Below are positions 9,975 through 19,965 of a stretch of 64,000 bases of DNA, in pieces. Made by a program: the position numbers and the translations under genes. Within the stretch, counting starts at the first letter, position 1. Every line of letters starts with the position of its first letter. The DNA is from Robertkochia solimangrovi. Lineage in GTDB: Bacteria; Bacteroidota; Bacteroidia; Flavobacteriales; Flavobacteriaceae. Location: positions 138,033-202,032 of the forward strand of contig NZ_QKWN01000006.1 in NCBI RefSeq assembly GCF_007279655.1, written 5' to 3'. The notes beneath the pieces were generated by a model that saw only the letters and a program-made list of their open reading frames with translations, was not told where the DNA came from and ran no database searches.

Positions 9975-11900
9975 CTACCCTTCCTCTCTCCCCGAATAGA
10001 TCTCTTCCTTCCGAATTCCCAGCTTCTTGATCTTGGAGTTTAAAGTAGAGGTAGGAATCTTTAATATCTCCGCGGCGCCACCTGCACCGAAAATTTTGCC
10101 ATGACAATTTTTAAGGACAGATAAGATATACTCCCGTTCAACCTCCTTAAGGGCCTTGAAACTATCAGGTGAAAAACCGGAGTCAGACCCGGTGATACCA
10201 ATTTCAGGAAATTTCACATCCTCGATGATACCATTACGACTTAACAGTATACTTCTTTCTATGGTATGTTCGAGTTCCCGAATATTTCCCGGCCAGCTAT
10301 AAGCCTTAAATTTTTTCATCGCGTGGTCCGATACCCGAACCGATCTTTGTAAAGAAGCCTTGAACTTATCGATAAAATGATATACTAATAATTCAATATC
10401 CTCTTTTCGCTCCCTTAAAGGAGGCAGGTCGATAGGATATACATAAAGACGATAATACAGATCAAGTCTGAACCGGCCTGCAGCCACCTCTTCTTCCAGG
10501 TTCTTATTGGTAGCTGCGATCACGCGTACATCGGTCTTGATCGGAGTGTTGTTTCCGATTCGCTCAAATTCACGTTCCTGTAATACCCGTAATAACTTTA
10601 CCTGCATCTCGAGTGGCATCTCCCCTATTTCATCCAGGAAGATGGTCCCCTGATCTGCTTGTTCAAATTTACCAATGCTACGATTGGTTGCTCCTGTGAA
10701 ACTTCCCTTTTCATGTCCAAAAAGAATTGATTCTACCAGATTTTCAGGAAACGTTGCACAATTCACAGTTATGAAGGGTTTATTACCGCGGGAGGAATTG
10801 GCATGTATGCTTGAAGCCACCAATTCTTTACCGGTACCACTCTCTCCCAGGATCAATACAGAAGTGTTCATGGGAGCTACATTTCTGATAAGGTCAAAAA
10901 CTCTTAATAAGGATGGACTTTTTCCAACCATTTTATCAAACACAACTTCATCCTCCGAAATTACCCGGCTTTCGTTCATTGTTATCTGTGTATCGAAAGA
11001 ATAGTGCTTGGTGATTGGTCTCGTATCCTCAAGAAGGATCTTATTAATGATTTCCTGAAGGTCGATCAAAATATTCAGGAATTCCGCTGAGAATGCTTCA
11101 TTCAACCTGCTGTAAAAATAAACACACCCTACTGGCGATTGGTCTGTTAGTAAGGGTAGTATCATTACTGATCTCAACCGGAAATGATCGATCATTACAC
11201 TATGTACCGATCCATCATTTCCTATTGCAAGTATTTTATGATCATCAAGAATTTGAGGTGCTTTCGGAAGTATCCTATCCGCTTCATTTGTAAAACTGAC
11301 CTTTGTAATATTTCTGATCTCCGAAATTCCCAGTTTTTGATATTCGTTGAACCCTATTCGCAGATATCCTGTTGAATCGCCCTTTGAAAAGGTATCTATA
11401 TAGCAAAAGTCAAAAGGTATTACCGATTGAAAAGCTCTGACGACAGACATTTGATCCCTATCTGAGGATGCGACCAACTTTTGAAGCCGGTCCTCAAGAG
11501 AACGATATTGCCCGGCCCAATATTCGAGGCTGTGTTGATGGTGATAGAAAGCGATCTCCAGCGTAACCAACACATCCTTTTCACGAAAAGGTTTTACGAT
11601 AAAACCATTCGGCCGGGTAGACTTGGCTTCTTCCAGAATGGTGCGATTGGAATTTGCCGAGATGTAGATAAAGGGTATGAATTTTTCATTTAATTCTCTG
11701 GCAAGATCGATCCCGTTCAGTTTGCCATGAAGGGATATGTCCAATAACACCATATCAGGCCTTGAATCTTCGATAAGATCTCTGGCTGATCTGACAGATC
11801 CTGCAATACCAGTAACTATATATCCCGCTTTCTTTAAGATCAATGACAGGTCATTTGCTACAATGAATTCATCTTCGACTATTAGTAATTTCTTTTTCAT
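9975..11900 (-). CDS. sigma-54-dependent response regulator (REC–GAF–AAA+ σ54 activator–Fis HTH)
   Basis: Start taken at the MKKKLLIVEDE... ATG at 11898-11900. Receiver domain, Walker A GESGTGKE, the GAFTGA-type motif (GSFTGA) and a C-terminal HTH. The longer ORF to 11972 has an improbable leader. Confidence 0.85.
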   Translation of the reverse strand: MKKKLLIVEDEFIVANDLSLILKKAGYIVTGIAGSVRSARDLIEDSRPDMVLLDISLHGKLNGIDLARELNEKFIPFIYISANSNRTILEEAKSTRPNGFIVKPFREKDVLVTLEIAFYHHQHSLEYWAGQYRSLEDRLQKLVASSDRDQMSVVRAFQSVIPFDFCYIDTFSKGDSTGYLRIGFNEYQKLGISEIRNITKVSFTNEADRILPKAPQILDDHKILAIGNDGSVHSVMIDHFRLRSVMILPLLTDQSPVGCVYFYSRLNEAFSAEFLNILIDLQEIINKILLEDTRPITKHYSFDTQITMNESRVISEDEVVFDKMVGKSPSLLRVFDLIRNVAPMNTSVLILGESGTGKELVASSIHANSSRGNKPFITVNCATFPENLVESILFGHEKGSFTGATNRSIGKFEQADQGTIFLDEIGEMPLEMQVKLLRVLQEREFERIGNNTPIKTDVRVIAATNKNLEEEVAAGRFRLDLYYRLYVYPIDLPPLRERKEDIELLVYHFIDKFKASLQRSVRVSDHAMKKFKAYSWPGNIRELEHTIERSILLSRNGIIEDVKFPEIGITGSDSGFSPDSFKALKEVEREYILSVLKNCHGKIFGAGGAAEILKIPTSTLNSKIKKLGIRKEEIYSGREEG

Positions 11901-12175
11901 AAACGGGTTTATTGGCTGTCTGGTCTGAGATCCTGCTATTAAAATTAAGCTAATTTTAAAAACAAGGCTCATTCACTCAGAAAATATATCGGAGTATACT
12001 ATGCTATAACAAAAAATCAGCCGTCATTAAAAATCACTGAATATCAGGCCTTATTTACATTTTTTTCCGTATCATGAACAGGAATTGAACTAAAATAGTC
12101 GATAATTAACGATATATCGCTAATTAAAAGTACTCCTAAACACCTTCTCCCCTAAAATTCACCGACATTCCTGTA

Positions 12176-12195
12176 ATGGCATGTTTATGGCATGC
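12176..12195 (+). promoter_or_regulatory. candidate sigma-54 (-24/-12) promoter upstream of the haloperoxidase gene
   Basis: TGGCATgtttaTGGCA obeys the GG-N10-GC spacing. It lies ~125 bp upstream of the 12319 start and next to the divergent σ54 activator gene. The -12 element deviates from TTGCW. Confidence 0.25.
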
Positions 12196-12318
12196 ATTGA
12201 TCACAGAACATTCAATATGATCGCGAAATATAAGTATTACTCTTTCTTAAGATCTTAAGCAGGAAAAAATAGCTTATAAGACCACATATATCAAAACAGG
12301 AACTTTAAAATAATCAAT

Positions 12319-13140
12319 ATGAAAAAGCTAAAATTAAAAGACGGGGTTGAGATCTTCTATAAAGACTGGGGGTCCGGACAGCCCCTGGTATTTCACCATG
12401 GATGGCCTTTAAGCAGTGATGACTGGGATGCTCAAATGATGTTCTTTCTTGAACAAGGGTATCGGGTCATCGCACATGATCGTCGCGGACATGGTCGTTC
12501 GAGTCAAACGTATTCCGGAAATGAAATGGACACCTATGCCGCAGACGTGGCTGCTTTGGTAGAAGCACTTGATCTTAAAGATGCAATCCACATCGGACAT
12601 TCTACCGGAGGTGGTGAGGTCATACGATATGTAGCTAAATATGGCAAAGGTCGGGCAGCAAAAGCAGTACTGATTGGGGCTGTTCCGCCGGTAATGGTAA
12701 AAAGCGATAAAAATCCTGAAGGTGTTCCCATCTCAGTTTTTGATGAAATCCGCCTGAATACCGCAACCAAACGCTCTCAGTTCTATCAGGATATCACGTT
12801 ACCCTTCTACGGGTATAATCGGGAAGGTGCTGAAATCTCTCAGGGAGTACGCGATAATTGGTGGCGTCAGGGGATGATGGGTGGTATTAAACCTCAATAT
12901 GATTGTATAAAAGCCTTTTCAGAAACCGATTTTACAGAAGATCTTAAAAGTGTGGATATACCCGTGTTGCTAATGCATGGTGAGGATGACCAGATCGTAC
13001 CCTTTGAAACCTCCGCTAAAATAGGAATCACGCTGCTTAAAAAAGGTACACTGATATCCTATCCCGGTTTCCCGCATGGAATGCCAACTACTGAGGCAGC
13101 TACAATCAATAAAGATCTGCTCGATTTTATAAGATCCTGA
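12319..13140 (+). CDS. alpha/beta hydrolase, non-heme haloperoxidase/arylesterase family
   Basis: 273 aa with HGWPLSSDDWD...GHSTGGGEV (nucleophile elbow) and overall chloroperoxidase-like layout. Confidence 0.8.
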   Translation: MKKLKLKDGVEIFYKDWGSGQPLVFHHGWPLSSDDWDAQMMFFLEQGYRVIAHDRRGHGRSSQTYSGNEMDTYAADVAALVEALDLKDAIHIGHSTGGGEVIRYVAKYGKGRAAKAVLIGAVPPVMVKSDKNPEGVPISVFDEIRLNTATKRSQFYQDITLPFYGYNREGAEISQGVRDNWWRQGMMGGIKPQYDCIKAFSETDFTEDLKSVDIPVLLMHGEDDQIVPFETSAKIGITLLKKGTLISYPGFPHGMPTTEAATINKDLLDFIRS

Positions 13141-13185
13141 ATAATCTAATGATACTTACATTTAGTTTATCGATCAATTTTCCGA

Positions 13186-13217
13186 AAGCTCATCGAACGG
13201 ATGAGCTTTTATTTTAT
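13186..13217 (+). terminator. rho-independent terminator after haloperoxidase gene
   Basis: AAGCTCATCgaacgGATGAGCTT followed by ttattttat. Confidence 0.55.
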
Positions 13218-13316
13218 CCCGCTGTTCCATACTAAGAACAGCCACCAATAACCTGAATGAAGAATGCAATTGCAACTGTTCATTATTTGAGGTACATTTA
13301 ATTCATTTCTATTCCT

Positions 13317-15578
13317 ATGTGGCAGGCTCAATTCAAAATATTCGGACTATTAATCTTAATTTTTCAGGGGATGTATGCTGTACCCGGAAGTTCAACCGAT
13401 GCCGCACCCACATTCTCTGACAGGAGCCTTTCACAGGAATCTGACAGTCTTTCTTCCATAAACTATTATCTCAACAAAGGAGAGCAAGATCTGAAAAGAA
13501 TATTTACCGAAAATGAAGCGGTAGAAAGTGCACGATTTAGTTTCGAAAAGGCAATTCTTTTAAGCTCTAAAAAGAATGATCTACCGGCATTGGCCGAGAG
13601 TTATATCGGACTTGGAACTATATATATATTTGAAAATGATCTTGACAAAGGAATTTATTATTTCCAGGAAGCCGTCACCATAAATGACAGTATAGGCAAC
13701 AGAGAGGCGATCGCCGACACATGGTATCAACTGGGAAAAGTGATCTTTATTCATCATCCCGGAAATAAAACCATATATTCCTATGTCGACCAATATTATC
13801 AGAAAGCGATTGTTATATACAGAGAAGAAGGTTTAAAACTCAAGGAGACGCACGTTTTAAAAGATATAGGAGATCTTCTGCTCAACCGGGGTCGTCTTTC
13901 AGAGGCCAGTCGTGTGTTGGAAAATGTATTAAATCGCTATGATTCCCTGCAATATCAGCCGGTGGATAAAGTGTATTATCTGCTCGCCGTTACAAACCGG
14001 TTGAATGGCGATCTGGATAAGGCATTGGAATATGCACTAAAAACTAAAGATATCGCTGAAAATACCGAGAACTTGCCCAGTGCCTCCCTTTATTACAGCG
14101 TGATCGGCGATATTTATCGTGAAATCGGGAACCACGAAGAAAGTATCCAATGGTATAAAAGAGCGATCTATGAATGGGAAATTAACAATAGCAGACAGGA
14201 AAGCAGTATCTATCGCTATATCAATTATCTGACCAAGGAAATGATCGCGGTTTCCCGGGCGAAAGATGCTATGATTTTGATCAGGGACTTTGAAAGTAAA
14301 TACCCGCCTGCAGCTATGCAGCAAAAGATCTTTTTGCTGCAGGCTAAGGCTTATGTTCACTGTGCCCTAAAGGAATTTGGAAAAGCAGAGGATCAGTTTA
14401 AACTGGTACTTGAACTTTATGATAGTATTGGTTCTGCAACCTATCAAATACTCATTTCCGAAGCGAATCTCGAGATGGGAAACTTTTATCTGGATCAAAA
14501 TAGATTTCAGGATGCGAGATACTATCTTACAAAGGCTTTGAATTTTCCGGAAGGGATCATCGCCCTTGCCCGGGAAAAAGATCTTTATCATCTCCTGTTC
14601 AAAACCGATTCTGCAATGGGAAACTATCCGGATGCACTCCACAGTTACCAAAAGTATAAAGAGCTTAGCGATCGGGTTTTCAATGAAAAAATGAGTCAGC
14701 AGATCGCTGAAATGCAGGTTAAATATGAGTCTGAACGCAAAGAAAATCAGATCCATATTTTGCAAAAAGAGAAAAAAACTCAGGAAGCCAGGTTAAAGCA
14801 GGTAAATATTTCGAAGAACTTTACGCTGGGCACTTTGTTTCTTTTTGGGATCATACTGTTATTGCTTTGGCACCAGTATTCCAACAAGCAAAAAAATAAT
14901 AGAATCCTGCTCAGTCAGAAAAATGAGATCGATCAAAAGAATATCACGCTTCAAAATATGGTGAATGATAAGGAATGGTTATTAAAGGAAGTTCATCACC
15001 GCGTAAAGAACAACCTTCAAATGGTCATGAGTCTCTTGAATACCCAATCGAATTATATCAGAAATGAAGAAGCGCTCACTGCTATCCGTAATAGTCAGCA
15101 ACGTTTATATACCATATCCCTGATCCATCAGCGTCTGTATAACACGAATAATGTGAATACTATCGACATGCAGGTTTATATCAATGATCTGGTCGGCTAT
15201 TTACGGGATAGTTTCGATAGCACGCATTCCATTACTTTCAATTATAAAACCGATCCTATAAATTTTACGCAAGCCCTTGCGGTTCCGATAGGACTCATTC
15301 TCAATGAGGCGATCACCAATTCGATTAAACATGCCTTTCCAAAAAATTATAAGGGTGTGATCGATATACAGCTAACCAAGACAACGAAATCATGTTATCT
15401 GCTTGTAATCAGTGACAATGGTATTGGATTTAAAGAAGAGAACGACTATTTAGAGTCTGATTCACTCGGAATGAATCTGATAAAAGGACTGAGCGATCAA
15501 ATACAGGGAACGCTTACCGTCAACAATGAAAACGGCGTTCATCTAAGGATCGAATTCTGTGCGCCGGAAATGACCTGA
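13317..15578 (+). CDS. TPR-repeat sensor histidine kinase (HisKA_2/HWE-type DHp + HATPase_c)
   Basis: 753 aa. N-terminal signal/TM, a long TPR-like region, a TM helix (TLGTLFLFGIILLLLW), a coiled coil, then EVHHRVKNNLQMVMSLL (HisKA_2 H-box) and a C-terminal ATPase region (VISDNGIGF). Confidence 0.8.
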   Translation: MWQAQFKIFGLLILIFQGMYAVPGSSTDAAPTFSDRSLSQESDSLSSINYYLNKGEQDLKRIFTENEAVESARFSFEKAILLSSKKNDLPALAESYIGLGTIYIFENDLDKGIYYFQEAVTINDSIGNREAIADTWYQLGKVIFIHHPGNKTIYSYVDQYYQKAIVIYREEGLKLKETHVLKDIGDLLLNRGRLSEASRVLENVLNRYDSLQYQPVDKVYYLLAVTNRLNGDLDKALEYALKTKDIAENTENLPSASLYYSVIGDIYREIGNHEESIQWYKRAIYEWEINNSRQESSIYRYINYLTKEMIAVSRAKDAMILIRDFESKYPPAAMQQKIFLLQAKAYVHCALKEFGKAEDQFKLVLELYDSIGSATYQILISEANLEMGNFYLDQNRFQDARYYLTKALNFPEGIIALAREKDLYHLLFKTDSAMGNYPDALHSYQKYKELSDRVFNEKMSQQIAEMQVKYESERKENQIHILQKEKKTQEARLKQVNISKNFTLGTLFLFGIILLLLWHQYSNKQKNNRILLSQKNEIDQKNITLQNMVNDKEWLLKEVHHRVKNNLQMVMSLLNTQSNYIRNEEALTAIRNSQQRLYTISLIHQRLYNTNNVNTIDMQVYINDLVGYLRDSFDSTHSITFNYKTDPINFTQALAVPIGLILNEAITNSIKHAFPKNYKGVIDIQLTKTTKSCYLLVISDNGIGFKEENDYLESDSLGMNLIKGLSDQIQGTLTVNNENGVHLRIEFCAPEMT

Positions 15579-15860
15579 AAAAACATGGATAATAAGGGTT
15601 AAAATTCATTCCTGAAAATCAAACCACTTCTTTATAACTCCTACAATAAATCCGGTGAAATCTTCATTTTTTGGTTCTTCAATAGTCGCCGATTTACGAA
15701 ATAACACCACCTAAAAAACTTCATTTACGCTAAAAGACCCTGATATAACGGATTTTTAGTCTTTGGCATCGGTCTTGAATCCATCCTGACACACATTTGT
15801 ATATGTTTAAATAATGTGGATCATTCGCAATGTTCTTTTAACCATTTAAATATTCAAACG

Positions 15861-16400
15861 ATGACAACAAAGACTAAAACCAGGTGGATCGTTGATCCGA
15901 CTCATTCAGAGATCGGGTTTAAAGTGAAACATATGATGTTCACTAACGTTTCAGGGAAATTTGAAAAATTCGAAGCCAGTGTCGAAAGTGATAATGACGA
16001 TTTTGAGGATGCCATATTCACCTTTAAGGGTGAGACAAAATCTATAAACACCGGAAACGGTGATCGGGACACACACCTGAGAAGTGGTGACTTCTTCGAT
16101 GCGGAAGAATTTCCAATTATCGGGTTTGAATCTACTTCATTTAAAGATTCTGACTCCGATGATTTTATTATGAAAGGTATCCTTACCATCAAAGAAATAG
16201 CAAATCCAATTACACTGCATGCCGAATTTATGGGCACTGCAAAAGATCCCTGGGGAAATCTTAAGGCAGGCTTTTCCATGAGTGGAAAGATAAACCGAAA
16301 AGACTGGGGATTAAACTGGAATTCGGCTTTAGAAGCCGGTGGCGTACTGGTGGGTGAGGAAATCCGCCTCCTGATAGATCTTCAGTTCATCAAAGAATAA
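15861..16400 (+). CDS. YceI-family polyisoprenoid-binding protein
   Basis: Start taken at MTTKTKTRWIVDPTHSEIGFKVKHMMFTNVSGKFEKFEA..., the typical YceI N-terminus. The in-frame upstream extension is unlikely. Confidence 0.75.
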   Translation: MTTKTKTRWIVDPTHSEIGFKVKHMMFTNVSGKFEKFEASVESDNDDFEDAIFTFKGETKSINTGNGDRDTHLRSGDFFDAEEFPIIGFESTSFKDSDSDDFIMKGILTIKEIANPITLHAEFMGTAKDPWGNLKAGFSMSGKINRKDWGLNWNSALEAGGVLVGEEIRLLIDLQFIKE

Positions 16401-16433
16401 CCAAAAACTATTAATCTAAAACAACCATTAATT

Positions 16434-17123
16434 ATGAAAAATCTAATGTTAACATTAATGCTGGGAATAACAATCTCTTTCGCATATTCTCAAAAACCCA
16501 GTCCGGAACTTCTAAACCCGGAAAATCACACCCTTGTTCTCATAGATCATGAGAGTCAGATGGCATTTGCCACCACGAACATAACCATTGATGCCCTACG
16601 AAATAATACAGCGATGATCGCCGGAGCTTCCAAGATCTTCAAAGTACCTACCGTGGTAACCACTGTAGCTGAGGAATCCTTCAGTGGACCTGTATTTCCT
16701 GAAATCGAAGAATTCTATCCGAAAGCAACTTCAAATTACATCGATCGTACTACCATGAATAGCTGGGAGGATGTAAATGCGCATAAGGCAATCACTTCTA
16801 AAGGAAAAAAGAAAATTGTTCTCGGTGGTTTATGGACCAGTGTATGTATTGTTGGCCCGGCATTGTCAGCTATTCATGATGGGTACGAGGTTTACGTAAT
16901 CACGGATGCCTGTGGAGATGTGTCCGTTGAAGCACACGAGCAGGCCGTTGCCAGGATGATCCAGGCAGGAGCCAAACCCATGACTGCCATTCAATATCTA
17001 CTGGAATTACAACGGGACTGGGCCAGACAGGAAACCTATGTTGCCGTTACTGATCTTGTTAAACGATATGGTGGTGCCTATGGAATAGGAATTATCTACG
17101 CTCATAAAATGCTACAACATTAA
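16434..17123 (+). CDS. isochorismatase-family cysteine hydrolase (secreted)
   Basis: 229 aa. Signal peptide, the ITDACGDV context and overall isochorismatase fold pattern. Confidence 0.75.
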   Translation: MKNLMLTLMLGITISFAYSQKPSPELLNPENHTLVLIDHESQMAFATTNITIDALRNNTAMIAGASKIFKVPTVVTTVAEESFSGPVFPEIEEFYPKATSNYIDRTTMNSWEDVNAHKAITSKGKKKIVLGGLWTSVCIVGPALSAIHDGYEVYVITDACGDVSVEAHEQAVARMIQAGAKPMTAIQYLLELQRDWARQETYVAVTDLVKRYGGAYGIGIIYAHKMLQH

Positions 17124-17252
17124 AGAATATGGGAGTCTCATACTGCTGAAATTTCAGCGAACAGAGGTTTATTAACGATAAATATACCTTCTCATTTACT
17201 TTCTCACGGGATGACAACCAATTATTGAGACTCCCTCTTTAAAATATTAAAT

Positions 17253-19049
17253 ATGAAAGCATTACTCAATAAAAGTTCACTCATATTGATCATGATCATC
17301 TGGTTCACCGGATGTAAAGATGACAAAGAAAAGCCAACATTATCAGCGGATATGATCATTATAAACGCAAAGGTCAGTCAGGATGATTCACAAGAATTCG
17401 CAGAAGCCTTTGCCGTTAAAGATGGTAAATTCCTTAAAGTGGGATCCAACCGATCCGTAATCGAATACAAAGGCGACAGCACCCAGGTTATCGATGTGCA
17501 TGGAAAAACAGTGATACCGGGACTTAATGACTCCCATACACATCTGATAAGAGCCGGATTAAATTACAATATGGAACTACGATGGGATGGTGTTTCCTCC
17601 ATCGAGACCGCATTACAAATGTTAAAAGAACAAGCTGAACGAACCCCGGAAGGCCAGTGGATACGCGTTATCGGAGGCTGGGGCGCATATCAGTTCAGGG
17701 AGAAAAGACTTCCAACGCTTGAGGAGATCAATGAAGCAGTACCCGACAAACCTGTATACATCCTCTATCTCTATTCGCTGGGCTACCTGAATCAGAAAGG
17801 TATAGAAACTTTAGGCTATAGTTCAGAGACAAAATTTCCGGGAGGAGAAGTGGAAATTAAAAATGGTAAACCCACTGGGTTGCTAATCGCTAAACCCAGC
17901 GCACTGCTATTATATAAAACACTGACGGAACTACCGAAACTTACAGAAGAGCAACAATTGAACTCAACCATACACTATTACAGAGAATTGAATCGTTTGG
18001 GCGTTACCAGTGCGATAGATGCTGGTGGTGGTGGTCAATACTATCCCAACAACTACGCAGTATCCCGCAAGTTAGCAAAAGCCGGAAAGCTAACGGTTCG
18101 TACCTCCTACTACTTGTTCGCAGTTGATAAAGGGACTGAATTCAATTTCTTTGAATCTGCCGTAACGAATGCTAAACCGGGTACAAACGATGATCTGTTC
18201 AAACCGAACGGGTATACCCTGGAAGGTGCCGGAGAGAACCTTACCTGGGCGGCGGCAGATTTCGAAAACTTTCTGGAACCACGACCCGAACTAGGTGCGA
18301 CTATGGAAAATGAGCTGGAAGAAATCGTTACACTTCTTGCCAAAAATAAATGGCCCTTTCGTATACATGCCACTTATAATGAATCCATTGGGAGATTTCT
18401 TGACGTATTTGCTAAGGTTGATAAAAGGTATCCCTTTTTAAATGAAGTTCACTGGATCATCGATCATGCCGAGACCATTGACGATCATAATCTTAGAAGG
18501 ATCAAAGAAATGGGCGGTGGCATTGCTGTTCAGGACCGTATGCTCTTTCAAGGTGAATACTTTACAGAGCGCTATAGCGATACGGCTGCGAAACATACCC
18601 CCCCTATTCGTAAAATCATCGAAATGGGAATACCAATGGGTCTGGGCACCGATGGTACAAGAGTTTCCAGTTTTAACCCGATGCTAACGCTGTATTGGGC
18701 AGTTTCAGGAAAAACCCTTGGTGGACAGAAAATCTATGAAAGTTCAAATACGTTAAATCGTACCGAAGCATTACGGTTTTTAACACATGGAAGTGCTTGG
18801 TTCTCCAACGAAGAAACTGAAAAAGGACTTATAAAAGAAGGTATGCTTGCCGATTTTGCAGTGCTTTCAGAAGACTATTATACCATCCCTGAGGATAAAA
18901 TCAAGAATCTTACTTCAGATCTGACCGTTGTTAACGGAGAAATCGTATTTGCCAAAAATGATTTTAAAAATTATGATCCTGAAGTACCAGAGATCATACC
19001 GACCTGGTCTCCGGTACGATTCTATGGAGGATATCAAAATCCTGAATAA
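17253..19049 (+). CDS. amidohydrolase-family (Amidohydro_3) metal-dependent hydrolase lipoprotein
   Basis: 598 aa. Lipobox (WFTGCKDD) and the HxH metal motif DSHTHLIRAG typical of the amidohydrolase-3 family. Confidence 0.8.
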   Translation: MKALLNKSSLILIMIIWFTGCKDDKEKPTLSADMIIINAKVSQDDSQEFAEAFAVKDGKFLKVGSNRSVIEYKGDSTQVIDVHGKTVIPGLNDSHTHLIRAGLNYNMELRWDGVSSIETALQMLKEQAERTPEGQWIRVIGGWGAYQFREKRLPTLEEINEAVPDKPVYILYLYSLGYLNQKGIETLGYSSETKFPGGEVEIKNGKPTGLLIAKPSALLLYKTLTELPKLTEEQQLNSTIHYYRELNRLGVTSAIDAGGGGQYYPNNYAVSRKLAKAGKLTVRTSYYLFAVDKGTEFNFFESAVTNAKPGTNDDLFKPNGYTLEGAGENLTWAAADFENFLEPRPELGATMENELEEIVTLLAKNKWPFRIHATYNESIGRFLDVFAKVDKRYPFLNEVHWIIDHAETIDDHNLRRIKEMGGGIAVQDRMLFQGEYFTERYSDTAAKHTPPIRKIIEMGIPMGLGTDGTRVSSFNPMLTLYWAVSGKTLGGQKIYESSNTLNRTEALRFLTHGSAWFSNEETEKGLIKEGMLADFAVLSEDYYTIPEDKIKNLTSDLTVVNGEIVFAKNDFKNYDPEVPEIIPTWSPVRFYGGYQNPE

Positions 19050-19076
19050 AGCCCTTGTAACCCTAAAAATGAAACC

Positions 19077-19520
19077 GTGATGAAAAAATTGATTCAATTC
19101 CTTTCTAAAACTCATATTCCGGTTAAACGAATGGATTGGTTATTATATGCCTTTCGTTCTATGGTGTCTCTCGAACTTATGATCGTACATGGATTTAAAA
19201 AAATCGGATTGGGGATCACTACCACAGAAATTGTCCCCAATCCTTATCACCTGCCGGAAAGCCTCAATCAAGGATTTGCCATTTTGGCGAATCTGTTATT
19301 CCCGATTATGGTGATCTTCGGGTTTCTAACGCGGTTGGCGGTAATTCCCATTCTTATGGTAACCATCTCCGGATACTTTGCAGTGCATTGGCATGATTCC
19401 TTACTCGTCAAGGATGTTCCTTTTATGTACTCCACTGCCTTTCTTTTCATCCTTTTCTCTGGTCCGGGAAGGATTTCAGTTGACCATTATCTTTTTAAAA
19501 AATATACGTATGAAAGCTAA
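19077..19520 (+). CDS. DoxX-family membrane protein
   Basis: 147 aa with 3-4 TM helices and a DoxX-like profile. Confidence 0.6.
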   Translation: MMKKLIQFLSKTHIPVKRMDWLLYAFRSMVSLELMIVHGFKKIGLGITTTEIVPNPYHLPESLNQGFAILANLLFPIMVIFGFLTRLAVIPILMVTISGYFAVHWHDSLLVKDVPFMYSTAFLFILFSGPGRISVDHYLFKKYTYES

Positions 19521-19962
19521 CCTCATCTTAATACTGTTTGCGGTACTTGCCGGAGCCGTTCTTCCCATCCAGGCCGGACTCAATGTTCAACTGGGCAAAT
19601 CGGTTCATCAACCTGTTTTCGCTGCATTTGCTTCATTCCTCATCGGTTCGATAGGCTTGCTAATCTATCTTGTTATCATCAAATTTGATTTCGGGAGTGT
19701 GGTACAAGTACGTGAGGTTTCACCGACAGTATGGCTTGCCGGGATTCTTGGAGCTTTCTATGTAGCGGCCGTGATCGTACTGGCACCAAAACTTGGAACC
19801 GCACTCACCTTCTCACTGGTGGTTACTGGCCAAATGATCATCTCCCTCGTTCTCGATCATTATGGTCTATTAAGCCTGCCCGTGCAGGAGATCAATTGGC
19901 AACGCCTGATAGGCGTGGTATTACTCACAGCCGGAGTATTAATGATTCGGGGGTTTAATTAA
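19510..19962 (+). CDS. DMT-superfamily (DUF606/YdcZ-like) membrane transporter
   Basis: Start taken at the MKANLILILFAVLAGAVLPIQAGLNVQLG ATG at 19510. The profile is hydrophobic throughout. It overlaps the DoxX gene by 11 bp. Confidence 0.6.
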   Translation: MKANLILILFAVLAGAVLPIQAGLNVQLGKSVHQPVFAAFASFLIGSIGLLIYLVIIKFDFGSVVQVREVSPTVWLAGILGAFYVAAVIVLAPKLGTALTFSLVVTGQMIISLVLDHYGLLSLPVQEINWQRLIGVVLLTAGVLMIRGFN

Positions 19963-19965
19963 ATC

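Noticed and set aside
9975-11972. Full-length 665-aa form of the σ54 regulator ORF
   Set aside because: The first 24 codons (MSLVFKISLILIAGSQTRQPINPF) precede a canonical receiver-domain start (MKKKLLIVEDE). The internal ATG at 11900 is the likely start.
15750-15775. σ54 promoter upstream of the yceI-like gene (TTGGCATcggtcTTGAA)
   Set aside because: The -12 element lacks the near-invariant GC dinucleotide.
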